A DNA stretch of 63,124 nucleotides, the filler included. It is 9 parts of 9 records of this genome, joined end to end, with 100 filler letters (N's around TTAATTAATTAA, not from the genome) between each part and the next. Parts side by side here need not be neighbours in the genome. Positions count along the whole stretch, not along the records: positions 18,851 to 24,834 come from SRR31147125_93189; positions 24,935 to 31,399 come from SRR31147125_93332; positions 31,500 to 40,747 come from SRR31147125_93392; 6 more parts are not named here. One strand, written 5' to 3'. Position numbers and translations under genes: made by a program. Position 1 is the stretch's first letter. Every line of letters starts with the position of its first letter. The notes under the pieces are model-generated. The model was given only the letters and a program-made list of their open reading frames with translations. It was not told where the DNA came from and ran no database searches. Shown here one piece after another: positions 23,401-33,728 of the stretch.

Positions 23401-24834
23401 AAATCTACATGTGGGGGCGAGTCAGATTATCCACAAGCAGCGACAGAGCATACTCTGGTTCATAATCCTCATCGGAACCGCTATCTTCGTCCTCTGTTCA
23501 CGTATATCAGAACTCCTAATCACCCAGAAACCATCTACCTACCTTGCATCAATCGGATATTGGAAATCTTCCCTTCCTTATCACCCTTCTCCTTCTCCAA
23601 TGGCTCCACGTGCCTGTCCCACGAGACTGAGCGTGACACCACAGGAATACACAGAACACGCACTGTTCTTCAGCAATTTCCAGAATACGGAGTGCGACTT
23701 CATCATGCCCACGAAGCATGGCCACCCTTCACAATTCGGATCAACAAGATGTGTGTGAAGGGTGGTGGTGATGGTGGTGGTAGAACGCACGAGAAGGGTG
23801 TGTATCCGGTTCCCCTGCCATGTACTACGGTGACAAGCAAAGGATCATCCGCATCTACACACAGCGCGTATTGGTACAGTGAGAATGCATCGCCAACGCA
23901 CCATTGGATGTCAGCCGCTCAACTTCCGCTATGTCTCCTCCAAACCGCCTCGAAGAGACGGAGGTAGGAATCCTAGACACCCTCGCACACGATCAGAATC
24001 CCTTCGCATAGGGGAGGATATGTGCGAACCATTTGCGCATTGGGGACGGGAACGTTCCAATTGGGGGGATACCCAAACGCCCGTGTCCTTCGGGTTTGGG
24101 ATTGTCGCATCATGAAGAATTGGTGCAAGGGGTTTTCCTGTGTGGCCAGTCATCTAGGAAGGCACACACGCACACATGCCTCATCGCGCCGCTCCTTCTT
24201 TGTCCGCATCGCCTGTTGTTGTAGAGTGGATTGTTGGGCCATGATGAGGGCTTGCTCGTCGTCGGGATGAAGATCGAGATATCTGGGCACGGAAATGTCG
24301 GTCTCTCCCGCTTACACTCCTCTCCCATTCACACACTTCTTGCCGCCATATTTGCGCAAGGCCTTGAGGGTCTCCTCGGCATTTCGAAGCTCCTCCTGAT
24401 TGCGAATTTAGAGGGAAACCAATCGATCAACATCCTACCGTTAGTCTTTTGATTGCCTCGTCATGTTGTTCCAGTGACCCTCTGAACGATTTCATACGGG
24501 CAAGAGTCGATTGTGGGACAGGTTTGAATTCATCCTCATTCACCAAAAAGGCATAATAGAATCTGGCGTATGTGCCTTTTGGTGTCCTCTCCCATCTCTT
24601 CCGGAGGTCGTCTGAACACAGGTAGATGTATAAAAAGGAAAGACACAATGTACACACACCGTCACTGTCCTGCGTCTCAGTTCCTTGCTCATGCTGCTTA
24701 ATGAACTTATCTCTGGCCTTTTCGGAATCCGCAAGCGCTTTCTGGGTTGAATGAATGATCTCCTCGCAACGATCAACGAGTGTCTGGGAGGACAATTGGC
24801 TTCACATCCATCCATCCATCCATCCATCCATTCA
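20465..24834 (-). CDS. Multi-exon eukaryotic ankyrin-repeat protein (one gene, possibly two; 5' end not in contig)
   Basis: Exonic ankyrin motifs GNTPLH, NQTPLSIA, GLTPLDLA, GWTCAHVA, GMNIFHYA and LFHLAVAFGCVEIAQYLL, joined by short GT-AG introns. Exon structure above about 23100 is uncertain. Confidence 0.65.
24806..24831. repeat. (ATCC)n microsatellite, probably intronic
   Basis: About 6 perfect copies at the contig end. Confidence 0.85.
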
Positions 24835-24934
24835 NNNNNNNNNNNNNNNNNNNNNNNNNNNNNNNNNNNNNNNNNNNNTTAATTAATTAANNNNNNNNNN
24901 NNNNNNNNNNNNNNNNNNNNNNNNNNNNNNNNNN
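24835..24934. other. Artificial contig linker
   Basis: N44-TTAATTAATTAA-N44. Confidence 0.99.
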
Positions 24935-25944
24935 TCCATGGCTGCAGCGACAATGCGCATGGCATCTCCCATGCTTTCTGATGAAACGGTTACATCGGTC
25001 GCCTTTGCGGAGGTGTCTTTGGTGTCGTTCGTCATCTGTTCAGAGATGGTGGAAAGCTCCACTGAGGCGGATGAGAGGGTTTCTGTGCCGGTTTTAATCT
25101 CTCCGAGCATTTGAGCCAACCCCGCGATCATCTCGTTGAGTGAACCGCCCATTTCCCCCAGTTCATCCCGGTTCTTAATGACCATTTTCTGAGTCAGATC
25201 GCCTTGAGAAAGAGACTCGGCAAAGGCGACCGTCGCTTTTAACGGCTTTATAATCGATCTGGTAACCAAGAAGGTCACTGCAAAAAGTAGTATCATCATA
25301 CAGACGCCGATGGTGATAAAAAGTTTGATAACAGTGGATTTGAGCGAATTGACTATCGCTTCTAAAATATCGTGAAATTCGACCAGTTGAATCTCCATCT
25401 GTTCGCCCAAGGCAGCCATATGATGTTCAATACCTTTTTGGGCCTTACTGTCGACCGTGACATACTGTTTCCCTATTTTGAGCCACTGCGTGCTCAATTG
25501 GTTCGATTTTTCACAATTTGCGACCAGTTTGGCGAGAATCGGTTTGCCTTTGAGCGCTTTCAACAGTTCTATCAGCTCTTCCAGTCCGGTAGAATAGCCA
25601 TAACGCTGTTTGTAGGCATCCAATAATTCCGTTGAATTGCTGAATTCCCCCAACAATGCATGAACTCTTCCGATCGAACCATTCAACTGATTCATGGTCT
25701 CCACATTCTCAATAAACCGATCGAGGTGCTCGGAACCGTTGGAACCGACAAACTGCTGAAATGCCACCTTAGCTTTATAGTAATAGACCCCATATTGGTT
25801 GCTGGCATCGGTCACGCCGTTGATTTCACCTATTTTGCTAAAAAAAGCCAAGCTGATGAGGATGATGATCAACATGCCGACAGCGGCGCAGATGCTGAGT
25901 AAACCTATTTTCTTGGTAATGGTTGGTTTTCTTAAATTTAACAA
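24935..25944 (-). CDS. Methyl-accepting chemotaxis protein, 3'-truncated
   Basis: TM1, periplasmic helical domain, TM2, HAMP (RSIIKPL...GDLT...RDELGEMGGSLNEM) and the start of the methylation helix (LSSASVELSTISEQM). Confidence 0.88.
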
Positions 25945-26262
25945 GTGCTTTCCCTATATTCTCAGTAAATAATCTTGGACCCATAGCAGTCCAACCATCT
26001 TGCTATATCGGCAGGAACTTTCCATATCTTTAACTGTGAATGCATTTGATTTTTAACAAATAGTGTGGTGTCTTTAATGGATCAACTCAGCAATAGGCAG
26101 CCGACACTTATGAACTCCACACGACTGTTGCTCTTTTCTGATCCGTCAAAATTCTTTCCCATACCCACTGTTGCCGCATGGATGATCCGGACTGTGAATA
26201 TGATCGAGATTGGGAAACAGTGTCCATCTTGACACACCTTAAGTGAAGGAAGATCCAATTAA

Positions 26263-26712
26263 ATGACATATCAACTTAGAAAGTTTCTCCTACTTGGGCT
26301 GGTCTTGCTTGCAGGGTGCGCCACTAAAGTGCCAACCCCGGATTATTCACATTTGGTGGAGCGCCTGCCACGGAATTACCACGGCGTATTCAGATGGCAC
26401 GGAGACAGTACTGAACAAAATGTATCCGTTGTCATCGATGAAGTTTTCTTTGACGCTGAAAAACATATCGTTGCCAAAGGCACTGGTAGGTATCTGACGA
26501 TGTTTCGTGAAACGGACATCGAAATCAAAATAGTGATAGTACCCGAAACGTTACGTTTCGAGATGTGGGAAAAGGGCCCTGACGGGGCTGATGATTTTAT
26601 CACGGATGGTTCTCATATCGGAGCGCTCAGCAAAGACCTAAAAACCATCACTGCAGTATGGACCACAGGGGCAACCGGGCAGCAGGGCGATTTAAAGCTT
26701 GAAGCGAAGTAG
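26263..26712 (+). CDS. Hypothetical lipoprotein, beta-rich
   Basis: Lipobox LLAGC, GAAGGA RBS, 149 aa. Confidence 0.75.
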   Translation: MTYQLRKFLLLGLVLLAGCATKVPTPDYSHLVERLPRNYHGVFRWHGDSTEQNVSVVIDEVFFDAEKHIVAKGTGRYLTMFRETDIEIKIVIVPETLRFEMWEKGPDGADDFITDGSHIGALSKDLKTITAVWTTGATGQQGDLKLEAK

Positions 26713-26754
26713 TACGGAACCTATCGATAAAAATGGATCTTATCTCAATATTGC

Positions 26755-27981
26755 TCACCGTATCCGACACGACACCGGCTCCATATTGTAGCCGGCATCT
26801 GTCAGCGCTGTAACAATTTCCCGAATATGATCGGCGTTGCGCGTTTCAAGCTCCAACTCGACCTGCGTTTCGTCAATAGCGCTTCGCTCTATGCTGCGAT
26901 CGTGATGGATGTGCAGGATATTGGCCTCCAGTGCGGCCACCTGTTTAAGCAAGGTGGCGAGAGTACCGGGTTTATCACTCAAGCTGAGCTTTATTCGCAT
27001 GATGCGGTTGTTCTTCAACAGCCCCTGTTGAATAATACGGCCGAGCAACGGGCTGTCGAGGTTGCCCCCCGACACAAGCAGAACGATTTTTTCACCTGAA
27101 CGAGGACGAACGGCTCCTTTGAGCAGCGCCGCCAACGGAACCGCGCCTGCGCCTTCGGATAATATCTTTTTGCGTTCCAGCATGATCTGAATGGATGCGG
27201 CGATAAATTCTTCTTCCACGGTAACCACATCGTCCACCTGCTCACGCATGATATGAAATGGCATCTCCCCTATCTGTTTGACGTTGATACCGTCTGCAAT
27301 TGAGGCGCGGGCCTCTACCTGCGTTCGCACGCCCCTCTCCATAGAGATCTGAGCGGAGGGGCATGCGGCGGCTTCGACACCGACCACCCTTGTTTTAGCT
27401 CTCAAAGCTTTAATTGCGCTGCAGACACCCGCAATAAGCCCGCCGCCCCCTACCGGCACAAGTACAGTGTCAACGTCCGGCAACGCTGACATGATCTCCA
27501 ACCCGATGGTAGCCTGTCCAACGATAAGATCGACATCATCGAAAGGGTGTATGAATGTGAGCCCCTGTTGCTCCAACTCCAGCGCCTTGAGAAGACTCTC
27601 CTCGACAGTGTCTCCGTGAATAATAACCCGTCCACCGTAATTACGTGTGGCCTCTTGTTTGCTGATTGAGGCCCACTGCGGCATGATGATGGTTGCTTCA
27701 AGTCCGGCCCTGGAAGCAGCTAATGCAACGCCCTGGGCATGGTTTCCGGCTGAGGCTGCAACCACCCCTTTCGGTGAGAGCCCGCCACTATTGAGATGCG
27801 AAATGATTTTGTATGTAGCGCCTCGTATCTTGAAAGATCCCGTTTTCTGGAGATTTTCCAGCTTCAGGTAGATGTCGGCGCCAAATTTACTGCTCAACGT
27901 CGGAGAGTATATGAGCGGTGTCTCGAATACCTTTTCTTTAATCGTTCGGGCCGCATTGGCTATGGTATCGAGATCAATCAT
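26755..27981 (-). CDS. ilvA: Threonine ammonia-lyase with a single C-terminal ACT domain
   Basis: KLENLQKTGSFKIRGA, ASAGNHAQGVA, VPVGGGGLI, SGGNLD and DKPGTL (ACT). Confidence 0.93.
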   Translation of the reverse strand: MIDLDTIANAARTIKEKVFETPLIYSPTLSSKFGADIYLKLENLQKTGSFKIRGATYKIISHLNSGGLSPKGVVAASAGNHAQGVALAASRAGLEATIIMPQWASISKQEATRNYGGRVIIHGDTVEESLLKALELEQQGLTFIHPFDDVDLIVGQATIGLEIMSALPDVDTVLVPVGGGGLIAGVCSAIKALRAKTRVVGVEAAACPSAQISMERGVRTQVEARASIADGINVKQIGEMPFHIMREQVDDVVTVEEEFIAASIQIMLERKKILSEGAGAVPLAALLKGAVRPRSGEKIVLLVSGGNLDSPLLGRIIQQGLLKNNRIMRIKLSLSDKPGTLATLLKQVAALEANILHIHHDRSIERSAIDETQVELELETRNADHIREIVTALTDAGYNMEPVSCRIR

Positions 27982-28148
27982 GGTGAATCCTTCGATCTGT
28001 GGTTTTCCACAATTGTTCGCCGTTTAACTTAGATCGCAGGCAGCCGTATAGTTACAGATTGTCATGCACCAGCTAATATTTCAAGCAAATTCTTTGGGTT
28101 GGAAACAATACTGTCTGAGTTACCATCGAACTAACAGGATCGAAGAAC

Positions 28149-29411
28149 CTATGAATTGGTACGACCACTTAAGTTCAAATCACTATATAGTGCTTTCGCG
28201 CAAACCGGGCAAATACCGTGGCTGAATTCTGCTTCTGAGCGCGCCTTGATATAGCTTTCAATCTGGTTCCAATACCCTTTGTCGTCTCTAATTTTCTTGC
28301 AGCTCGCACATATGGGCAACAGACCGCCCAATTTTTTCACTTCCTTCAAGGCGATTTGAAGTTCCTCAATTAATTTTTCCCTCTCAACCTGAATCGTCTT
28401 CCGTTCCTGAATCTCTCTCCTGAGGCTGGCTGTTTTATCCGCCACTTGACGTTTCAAGAACCAAAGCCCAACAATAGAAATGACAAACAGGATGGGAACG
28501 AGAACGAAGAGCAAATGCCCGACAAGTTGTTTCATCGAAATTTTTGCCGGAGGTAGAATCGGGCCAAACCATTTACGATACAATTTGTTATATGTACCGT
28601 CGGCAATGGCAATGGTTAAACCTTCATTCAGTTTTGCCAAAAGATCGGCGTCGCCCTCTTTGACTGCAAAACAAAATTTTTGTTCAAAACCGATTAAGGG
28701 TTGGGAAGATGGTTTTAAACTGTATTCCCTGACAGATGAAACGCTGACGACATTTTGAATATTGAGCCGTTTTATCAGTTCAAGCCCCACGAGATGCTGA
28801 ATGATCACCGCATCGTGCTCTCCTGCTGCAAGCATCTTCATGGCCTCGCCAAAACTGTCGGTTAGGATCAGAAGTTCGGTGAGCTGCTCTTTTAAGGCAT
28901 ATTCGTGAGCGGTATCTCCTCTCATTACGATTACTTCTTTGTTCATTAGATCTTCTTTTGACTGGATCCTTCTATCTCCGACGCGAACAAAGATAGCGCC
29001 GCGCATTCTCAGATAAGGCGTTGTGAAATCCATCACACGATCCCGCTCAGCGGAATAAGAGACCAGCGGCAAGACATCCAGTTGCCCGTCAATCAATCTT
29101 CCTTTGATTTCATGCCATGGTCCCACGGGAAGATCTACGCCGAACCCGACTCTCCTCGCAACGCTTTTCAGCAGTTCAACCGAGAAACCATCGGCCGTTC
29201 CGTCAGACCGCACCATAGCAAACGGTGGATAGTCCAATTCGCTTGCCGATCTGAGTGTATGTTTAGAGTGTATGGTCGTACTATCCGCGATAAGCGGAAG
29301 TGGAGAGAATAGGAGGATGGAACAGAGAAGGAGAATTGAAATTTTAGTAAATTTTCGCAGCATGCCATGTCTCATAATGAACCTGTCTTTCATCATCAGC
29401 AGGATTTTCAA
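28149..29411 (-). CDS. Membrane sensor: family-3 solute-binding domain + TM + coiled coil + Cys-rich C-terminal domain
   Basis: LDYPPF, ADGFSVELL, DFTTPY and DGTYNKLYRKWFG, then a TM helix, then LPICASCKKIRDDKGYW...FSHGICPVC. Start codon uncertain. Confidence 0.85.
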   Translation of the reverse strand: MKILLMMKDRFIMRHGMLRKFTKISILLLCSILLFSPLPLIADSTTIHSKHTLRSASELDYPPFAMVRSDGTADGFSVELLKSVARRVGFGVDLPVGPWHEIKGRLIDGQLDVLPLVSYSAERDRVMDFTTPYLRMRGAIFVRVGDRRIQSKEDLMNKEVIVMRGDTAHEYALKEQLTELLILTDSFGEAMKMLAAGEHDAVIIQHLVGLELIKRLNIQNVVSVSSVREYSLKPSSQPLIGFEQKFCFAVKEGDADLLAKLNEGLTIAIADGTYNKLYRKWFGPILPPAKISMKQLVGHLLFVLVPILFVISIVGLWFLKRQVADKTASLRREIQERKTIQVEREKLIEELQIALKEVKKLGGLLPICASCKKIRDDKGYWNQIESYIKARSEAEFSHGICPVCAKALYSDLNLSGRTNS

Positions 29412-29473
29412 ATTTCAAGCCCTATCAGTCCATCATATGCCGATGCGAAAAATGCGTTGTTCAATTTTTACAT

Positions 29474-29719
29474 CTATATATGTCCTGACCTGGCAGCATG
29501 GCATTTCCTTTCGATATAGCCGCCGGTTGCCGGGTCTAGAACCGCTTCGTTCTCATGAATCAATCTGGCCGGGCCCTCCCAGGCGCCGCATGCCAACACC
29601 ACAGGATCTCCCAGATTAAAAGGACGGTTGCATGCCGAGCATATTTTCAGCTGCATCAGTTTCTCGCGATCTATTATGGTCTTTCCGGCCTTCATGTTGC
29701 CGCTACGGTTTTTTTTCAT
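29474..29719 (-). CDS. Small Cys/His-rich protein, putative metal-binding
   Basis: GGAGAG RBS. CSAC...LACGAW...IHENE...ERKC in 81 aa. Confidence 0.65.
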   Translation of the reverse strand: MKKNRSGNMKAGKTIIDREKLMQLKICSACNRPFNLGDPVVLACGAWEGPARLIHENEAVLDPATGGYIERKCHAARSGHI

Positions 29720-30061
29720 ATGGCTCTCCCTTCATTGATCTTAGTGGTACATCATCACAATCCACATCACTGGCACGCCCTTTCTGTTGCCACATCTTTA
29801 CTGTAAGCAGCTATTCCATCGATGCAAATTTGCGCCCCTTGCTTGACAGCTCATCATAGGATGCAAAAATTGGTTAAGGTAACAGAGAAAACATAAGCAT
29901 GGAGCACAAAAAGTAGCACACTGGACATTCGGAAAAGAATGCTGCATGCGAGATATAGAGATTGATTAAGTAAACTTGAATTCAGCTGTCTCGAATTAAG
30001 CCACCGTTAACTCTACCTGCTGAGTACTCCAAGAGTATAAGTAGATCGAAGGAGGTGCCAT

Positions 30062-30244
30062 ATGTCAAACAAATCAAATAAAGACGCCCGCCATTGTTGC
30101 TCTCAAGAGCGCAAACGGTTGATGAGTGATTTGCGTACCTGTGACTATTGTTCAACCAGCTATGAGCAGTATCAGAAGTGTTACTCTCAGGCAGCCCGTG
30201 AGAGCGGAGAGAGGTCCGGCACTTGCATCGCATCGGTAACGTGA
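30062..30244 (+). CDS. Small Cys-rich protein (60 aa, 6 Cys)
   Basis: Strong AAGGAGGT RBS. CC...CDYC...C...C pattern. Followed by a hairpin. Confidence 0.7.
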   Translation: MSNKSNKDARHCCSQERKRLMSDLRTCDYCSTSYEQYQKCYSQAARESGERSGTCIASVT

Positions 30245-30264
30245 CAAAAATTACTCACCCCTGC

Positions 30265-30287
30265 AGCCCGGTGATTCATGCCGGGCT
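30265..30287 (+). terminator. Hairpin after the 60-aa gene
   Basis: AGCCCGG/CCGGGCT stem with no clear U-tract. Confidence 0.45.
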
Positions 30288-30408
30288 CATAAATCGATTC
30301 GAACTGTTCCAGACGATGAAGCGTTGATCTGCGAGATTTGCGCAATAATCCGCAACAGTATCAAGCGCACACAGAGTTGCTGCGTCTGGAAGCGAATTGA
30401 GGTTTTTC

Positions 30409-31399
30409 ATGAAAATCAGATCCAGACGGCATACCTCTCCACGCAGCTATCGCGTCGAGCTGACAGATGCGTTGCGACGCAAATATGAGCGGACGGTTCT
30501 CAGTCGGCCCGTTTCCGAGCTGTCGAAGGATACAGGTTTGCCATACCTCCTCATCTACAATATCGTCAACGCACGGGTGCGTTCGGTTTCCCCCCGTCAC
30601 TTCAGACTCCTTTTCGGGGAAGATCCACCAGCCGAACGAATAGCTCGTGTGGAAGGCCGCTATTTCAGACAAATGGTCGACTTGTGGCTCTTTTTGGATG
30701 GACGCGCCACAAAGACAGCCCTCTACAATGAACTTGTGAAAGAGAAACCATCTCTTAAAGCGGACTACAGAATATTCAGTGGTAAAATAGAGACGGTTAA
30801 TCGAAATATAGAAAAAAATGGAGAAGAAATTCCTGGATGCGGGCATTGACCGAAAAATGCTGAGTGACTGGATATCAGAATATTCAACACTACCAAAGCG
30901 TGATCGCGTTCCATATCATAAAATCAGACCCCTGCTTCTGTTTCTAAAGCATCACGCCGACATCCATCCGAACGTCATTTTGCATCAACAGATGGACCGC
31001 TACGAATCAGGCCGATTGAAAAGCATTTCTCGCACTGTTTATGATAAGGCATCGCACCTCAAAATTGATGTGGCGAAAGCATTGGCCTCCGGCCGCGGTC
31101 AAGAAATATTGCGTCTTCGTGAAACGATTTATGGAAAGAAAGACGGCTATACCCTCTACACCGATGTCGAAGAAGAGTTGTTGTTTCTAAAAAACGTGGC
31201 CAACAAACATCCCAAACAGTACCTTGGCCGAGGCCCAAGTACGTATGAGAAGGGAAAATGTAAGCGTATCCCTTCGTGGCGCGCAGAGAGAATTCATGAC
31301 GATTGTTCTCTGTTCATCGCCAACAATCCGACCATTGCCTTGATGTCATTACCTCTGAAGCAACGGACCAGGCATATTGCACCGATGTTGAACCTTCTA
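30409..31399 (+). CDS. Hypothetical protein with tandem XRE/Cro-like HTH repeats, frameshift in the A7 run 30812-30818, 3'-truncated
   Basis: ORFs 30397-30849 and 30818-31399 join at the A-run. Four segments resemble the XRE recognition helix and turn. Confidence 0.65.
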
Positions 31400-31499
31400 N
31401 NNNNNNNNNNNNNNNNNNNNNNNNNNNNNNNNNNNNNNNNNNNTTAATTAATTAANNNNNNNNNNNNNNNNNNNNNNNNNNNNNNNNNNNNNNNNNNNN
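31400..31499. other. Artificial contig linker
   Basis: N44-TTAATTAATTAA-N44. Confidence 0.99.
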
Positions 31500-32252
31500 G
31501 ATAATCCGGAATACGCTGCCATGTTGGCTTCGGTTGATGAAAATTTGGGGCGAATGGTTTCTGAATTAAAAAAGTTGGGAATTGAGAAAAATACATTGTT
31601 CGTATTTACTTCCGACAATGGAGGTTTAAATAACAACACCTCAAATTATCCTTTACTCGGTGGTAAAAGTTATGCTTTCGAAGCGGCCATGCGGGTTCCC
31701 TTTATTGTAAAATGGCCCGGAGTTGTAAAGCCCGGTCAAACAACCAAACAACGTGTTGTTGGAACCGATTTCTATCCAACTTTTCTTGATGTCGCGGGAA
31801 TTGATTTAAAGCCAAAACAACATGTTGATGGCAAAAGTTTTCTTCCTGTTTTAAAAGGAAATCAATCTAAAAACGAACGTCGCTTAATCTTTCATTATCC
31901 ACATTATACAGGCAACACAAGTCCATATTCTTCAATAATTGAAGGCGATTTTAAACTCATTCGTTTTTATAACGATGAAACGGGGGCCTATTTGCTATTC
32001 AATTTAAAAGAAGACCCTTCGGAGCAGAATGATTTATCGTTACAAATGCAGGGAATCACAAAGAAATTGTCCAAAATTCTTGAAAAAGAACTCAAAAAAA
32101 TGGATGCCGAATTTCCCGGTAAAAACCCGAATTATCAGCCGGAAAGTACAAAGCTTAGCAATCTGAAATCGACTTATAACAAAGCAAACCGAGACCGAAA
32201 AATTCAGGAAAATAAAATTTCAATCTTTAATAAACAGTCTCATGTCAAATAG
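31500..32252 (+). CDS. Sulfatase (S1), 5'-truncated
   Basis: YAAMLASVDENLG, NTLFVFTSDNGG, RVPFIVKWPG and LFNLKEDPSEQNDL. Confidence 0.92.
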   Translation, partial: DNPEYAAMLASVDENLGRMVSELKKLGIEKNTLFVFTSDNGGLNNNTSNYPLLGGKSYAFEAAMRVPFIVKWPGVVKPGQTTKQRVVGTDFYPTFLDVAGIDLKPKQHVDGKSFLPVLKGNQSKNERRLIFHYPHYTGNTSPYSSIIEGDFKLIRFYNDETGAYLLFNLKEDPSEQNDLSLQMQGITKKLSKILEKELKKMDAEFPGKNPNYQPESTKLSNLKSTYNKANRDRKIQENKISIFNKQSHVK

Positions 32253-33708
32253 TTCACTATTACTGAATATCATTACCGTCTTTATTTGTTCTATCGTTCT
32301 ACCTTATAATGCGAGAACAATTCAAAAAGATAATCCAAATGTCATAATTATTATGGCCGACGATATGGGTTACGGCGACCCGAAATGCTATAATCCCGAA
32401 TCGAAAATTCCAACGCCTAATATGGATAAATTGAGCAAACAAGGTGTACGTTTTACAGATGCCCACACGGCTTCATCGGTTTGTACTCCATCGCGATATG
32501 CATTGCTAACCGGGAGGTATTGTTGGCGGAGTCGCCTAAAAAAAAGTGTTTCGTGGTCGGGCTACGACGAGCCATTAATTCATAAAGATGAAATAACACT
32601 GGCCGATATTTTTCAGAAAGCGGGTTATTCTACAGCAGTTGTAGGTAAATGGCATTTGGGAATGAATTTTTGCCGAAAGAAGCATATCGATTTTGTTGAA
32701 CCCAAAACTTATCACGAAAAAGGAAAACAAGGAACCCATGATGTTGATTTTAATTCGGCAATATACAATGGCCCTAATTATTTGGGTTTTGATTATGCTT
32801 TTGTTTCTGGTGCCGGCCACAATATGGAGCCTTACTGTTACATCGAGAATGATTATACCTACGGAATCCCAACATTGTGGAGAACGGGAAAAGATACCAT
32901 ATTCCCCGGAGTTTCGGCAGTTGGAACGCACGATGGTTGGATGATTGAAGGATGGGATCCCCGAAAAGTAGGCCCCGACTTCACACAACGCGCGGTTGAC
33001 TTTATAAAAGGTTCATTCAATGAGAATCCAAACAAACCTTTCTTCCTGTATTTTCCGACAACCTCGCCGCATCAACCTTGTACTCCTCCCGATTTTGTTA
33101 GAGGAAAAAGCGGGGCAGGAGCCAGGGGCGACATGGTGGTAGAATTTGACTGGACCGTTGGTCAGGTAATGAAAACGCTGGATGAATTGGGGATAGCCGA
33201 CAATACAATTATTGTTGTAACCAGTGATAATGGAGCTGTTAAAAATGATGACAATGGGGAAGATTACGGACATAAAAGTTGTGGGAAGCTAAGAGGATTT
33301 AAGAGACAAACATACGAAGGTGGACACAGGGTTCCGTTTATAATGCGGTGGCCTGCAAAAATGAAAGCCGGACAGGTAAACGAAAACCTGGTTTGTTTGC
33401 TCGATTTTCATAAAACTTTTTCGGAAATGTTGAATGTAGAAACAGATATAAAAGGAGGCGAGGACAGTTTTAATATTTTGCCATCGATGCTTGAGCAGAA
33501 AGAGGTTCGGCATTCTTTGGTCATGCAATCCTCAACGGGGCATTTCGCTATTCGCGATAAGGATTGGAAACTTATTTTCGATAGAAATAGACCTGTTGCT
33601 TTGTTCAATTTAAAAGATGATCCTTACGAAAAAACAAACTTTGTTGAAACAGAGAAACATAGAGTGGAAGAATTAACAAAGCTTTTAAATACTTGTAAAT
33701 GGGAATAG
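32242..33708 (+). CDS. Arylsulfatase-type S1 sulfatase (Cys-type)
   Basis: PNVIIIMADDMGYGD, formylglycine motif CTPSRYALLTGRY, GKWHLG, TSDNG. Confidence 0.95.
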   Translation: MSNSSLLLNIITVFICSIVLPYNARTIQKDNPNVIIIMADDMGYGDPKCYNPESKIPTPNMDKLSKQGVRFTDAHTASSVCTPSRYALLTGRYCWRSRLKKSVSWSGYDEPLIHKDEITLADIFQKAGYSTAVVGKWHLGMNFCRKKHIDFVEPKTYHEKGKQGTHDVDFNSAIYNGPNYLGFDYAFVSGAGHNMEPYCYIENDYTYGIPTLWRTGKDTIFPGVSAVGTHDGWMIEGWDPRKVGPDFTQRAVDFIKGSFNENPNKPFFLYFPTTSPHQPCTPPDFVRGKSGAGARGDMVVEFDWTVGQVMKTLDELGIADNTIIVVTSDNGAVKNDDNGEDYGHKSCGKLRGFKRQTYEGGHRVPFIMRWPAKMKAGQVNENLVCLLDFHKTFSEMLNVETDIKGGEDSFNILPSMLEQKEVRHSLVMQSSTGHFAIRDKDWKLIFDRNRPVALFNLKDDPYEKTNFVETEKHRVEELTKLLNTCKWE

Positions 33709-33728
33709 TCCATTTTGAAAACATTAAT

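Noticed and set aside
18851-24834. Horizontal transfer of eukaryotic genes into a bacterium, or a non-standard genetic code
   Set aside because: This is a separate contig. Stops in the GNPTAB-like gene are resolved by ordinary GT-AG introns under the standard code.
29771-29786. Sigma-54 promoter TGGCACG...
   Set aside because: The -12 element reads TTTC rather than TTGC. Too weak to call.
29880-30050. c-di-GMP or other riboswitch upstream of the 60-aa gene
   Set aside because: Only a short CATTC/GAATG hairpin is present, without the conserved riboswitch motifs.
30812-30818. Programmed ribosomal frameshift at the A7 run (likewise purM and the RND genes)
   Set aside because: No evident stimulatory structure, and the same indel pattern affects many unrelated genes, so sequencing error is more likely.
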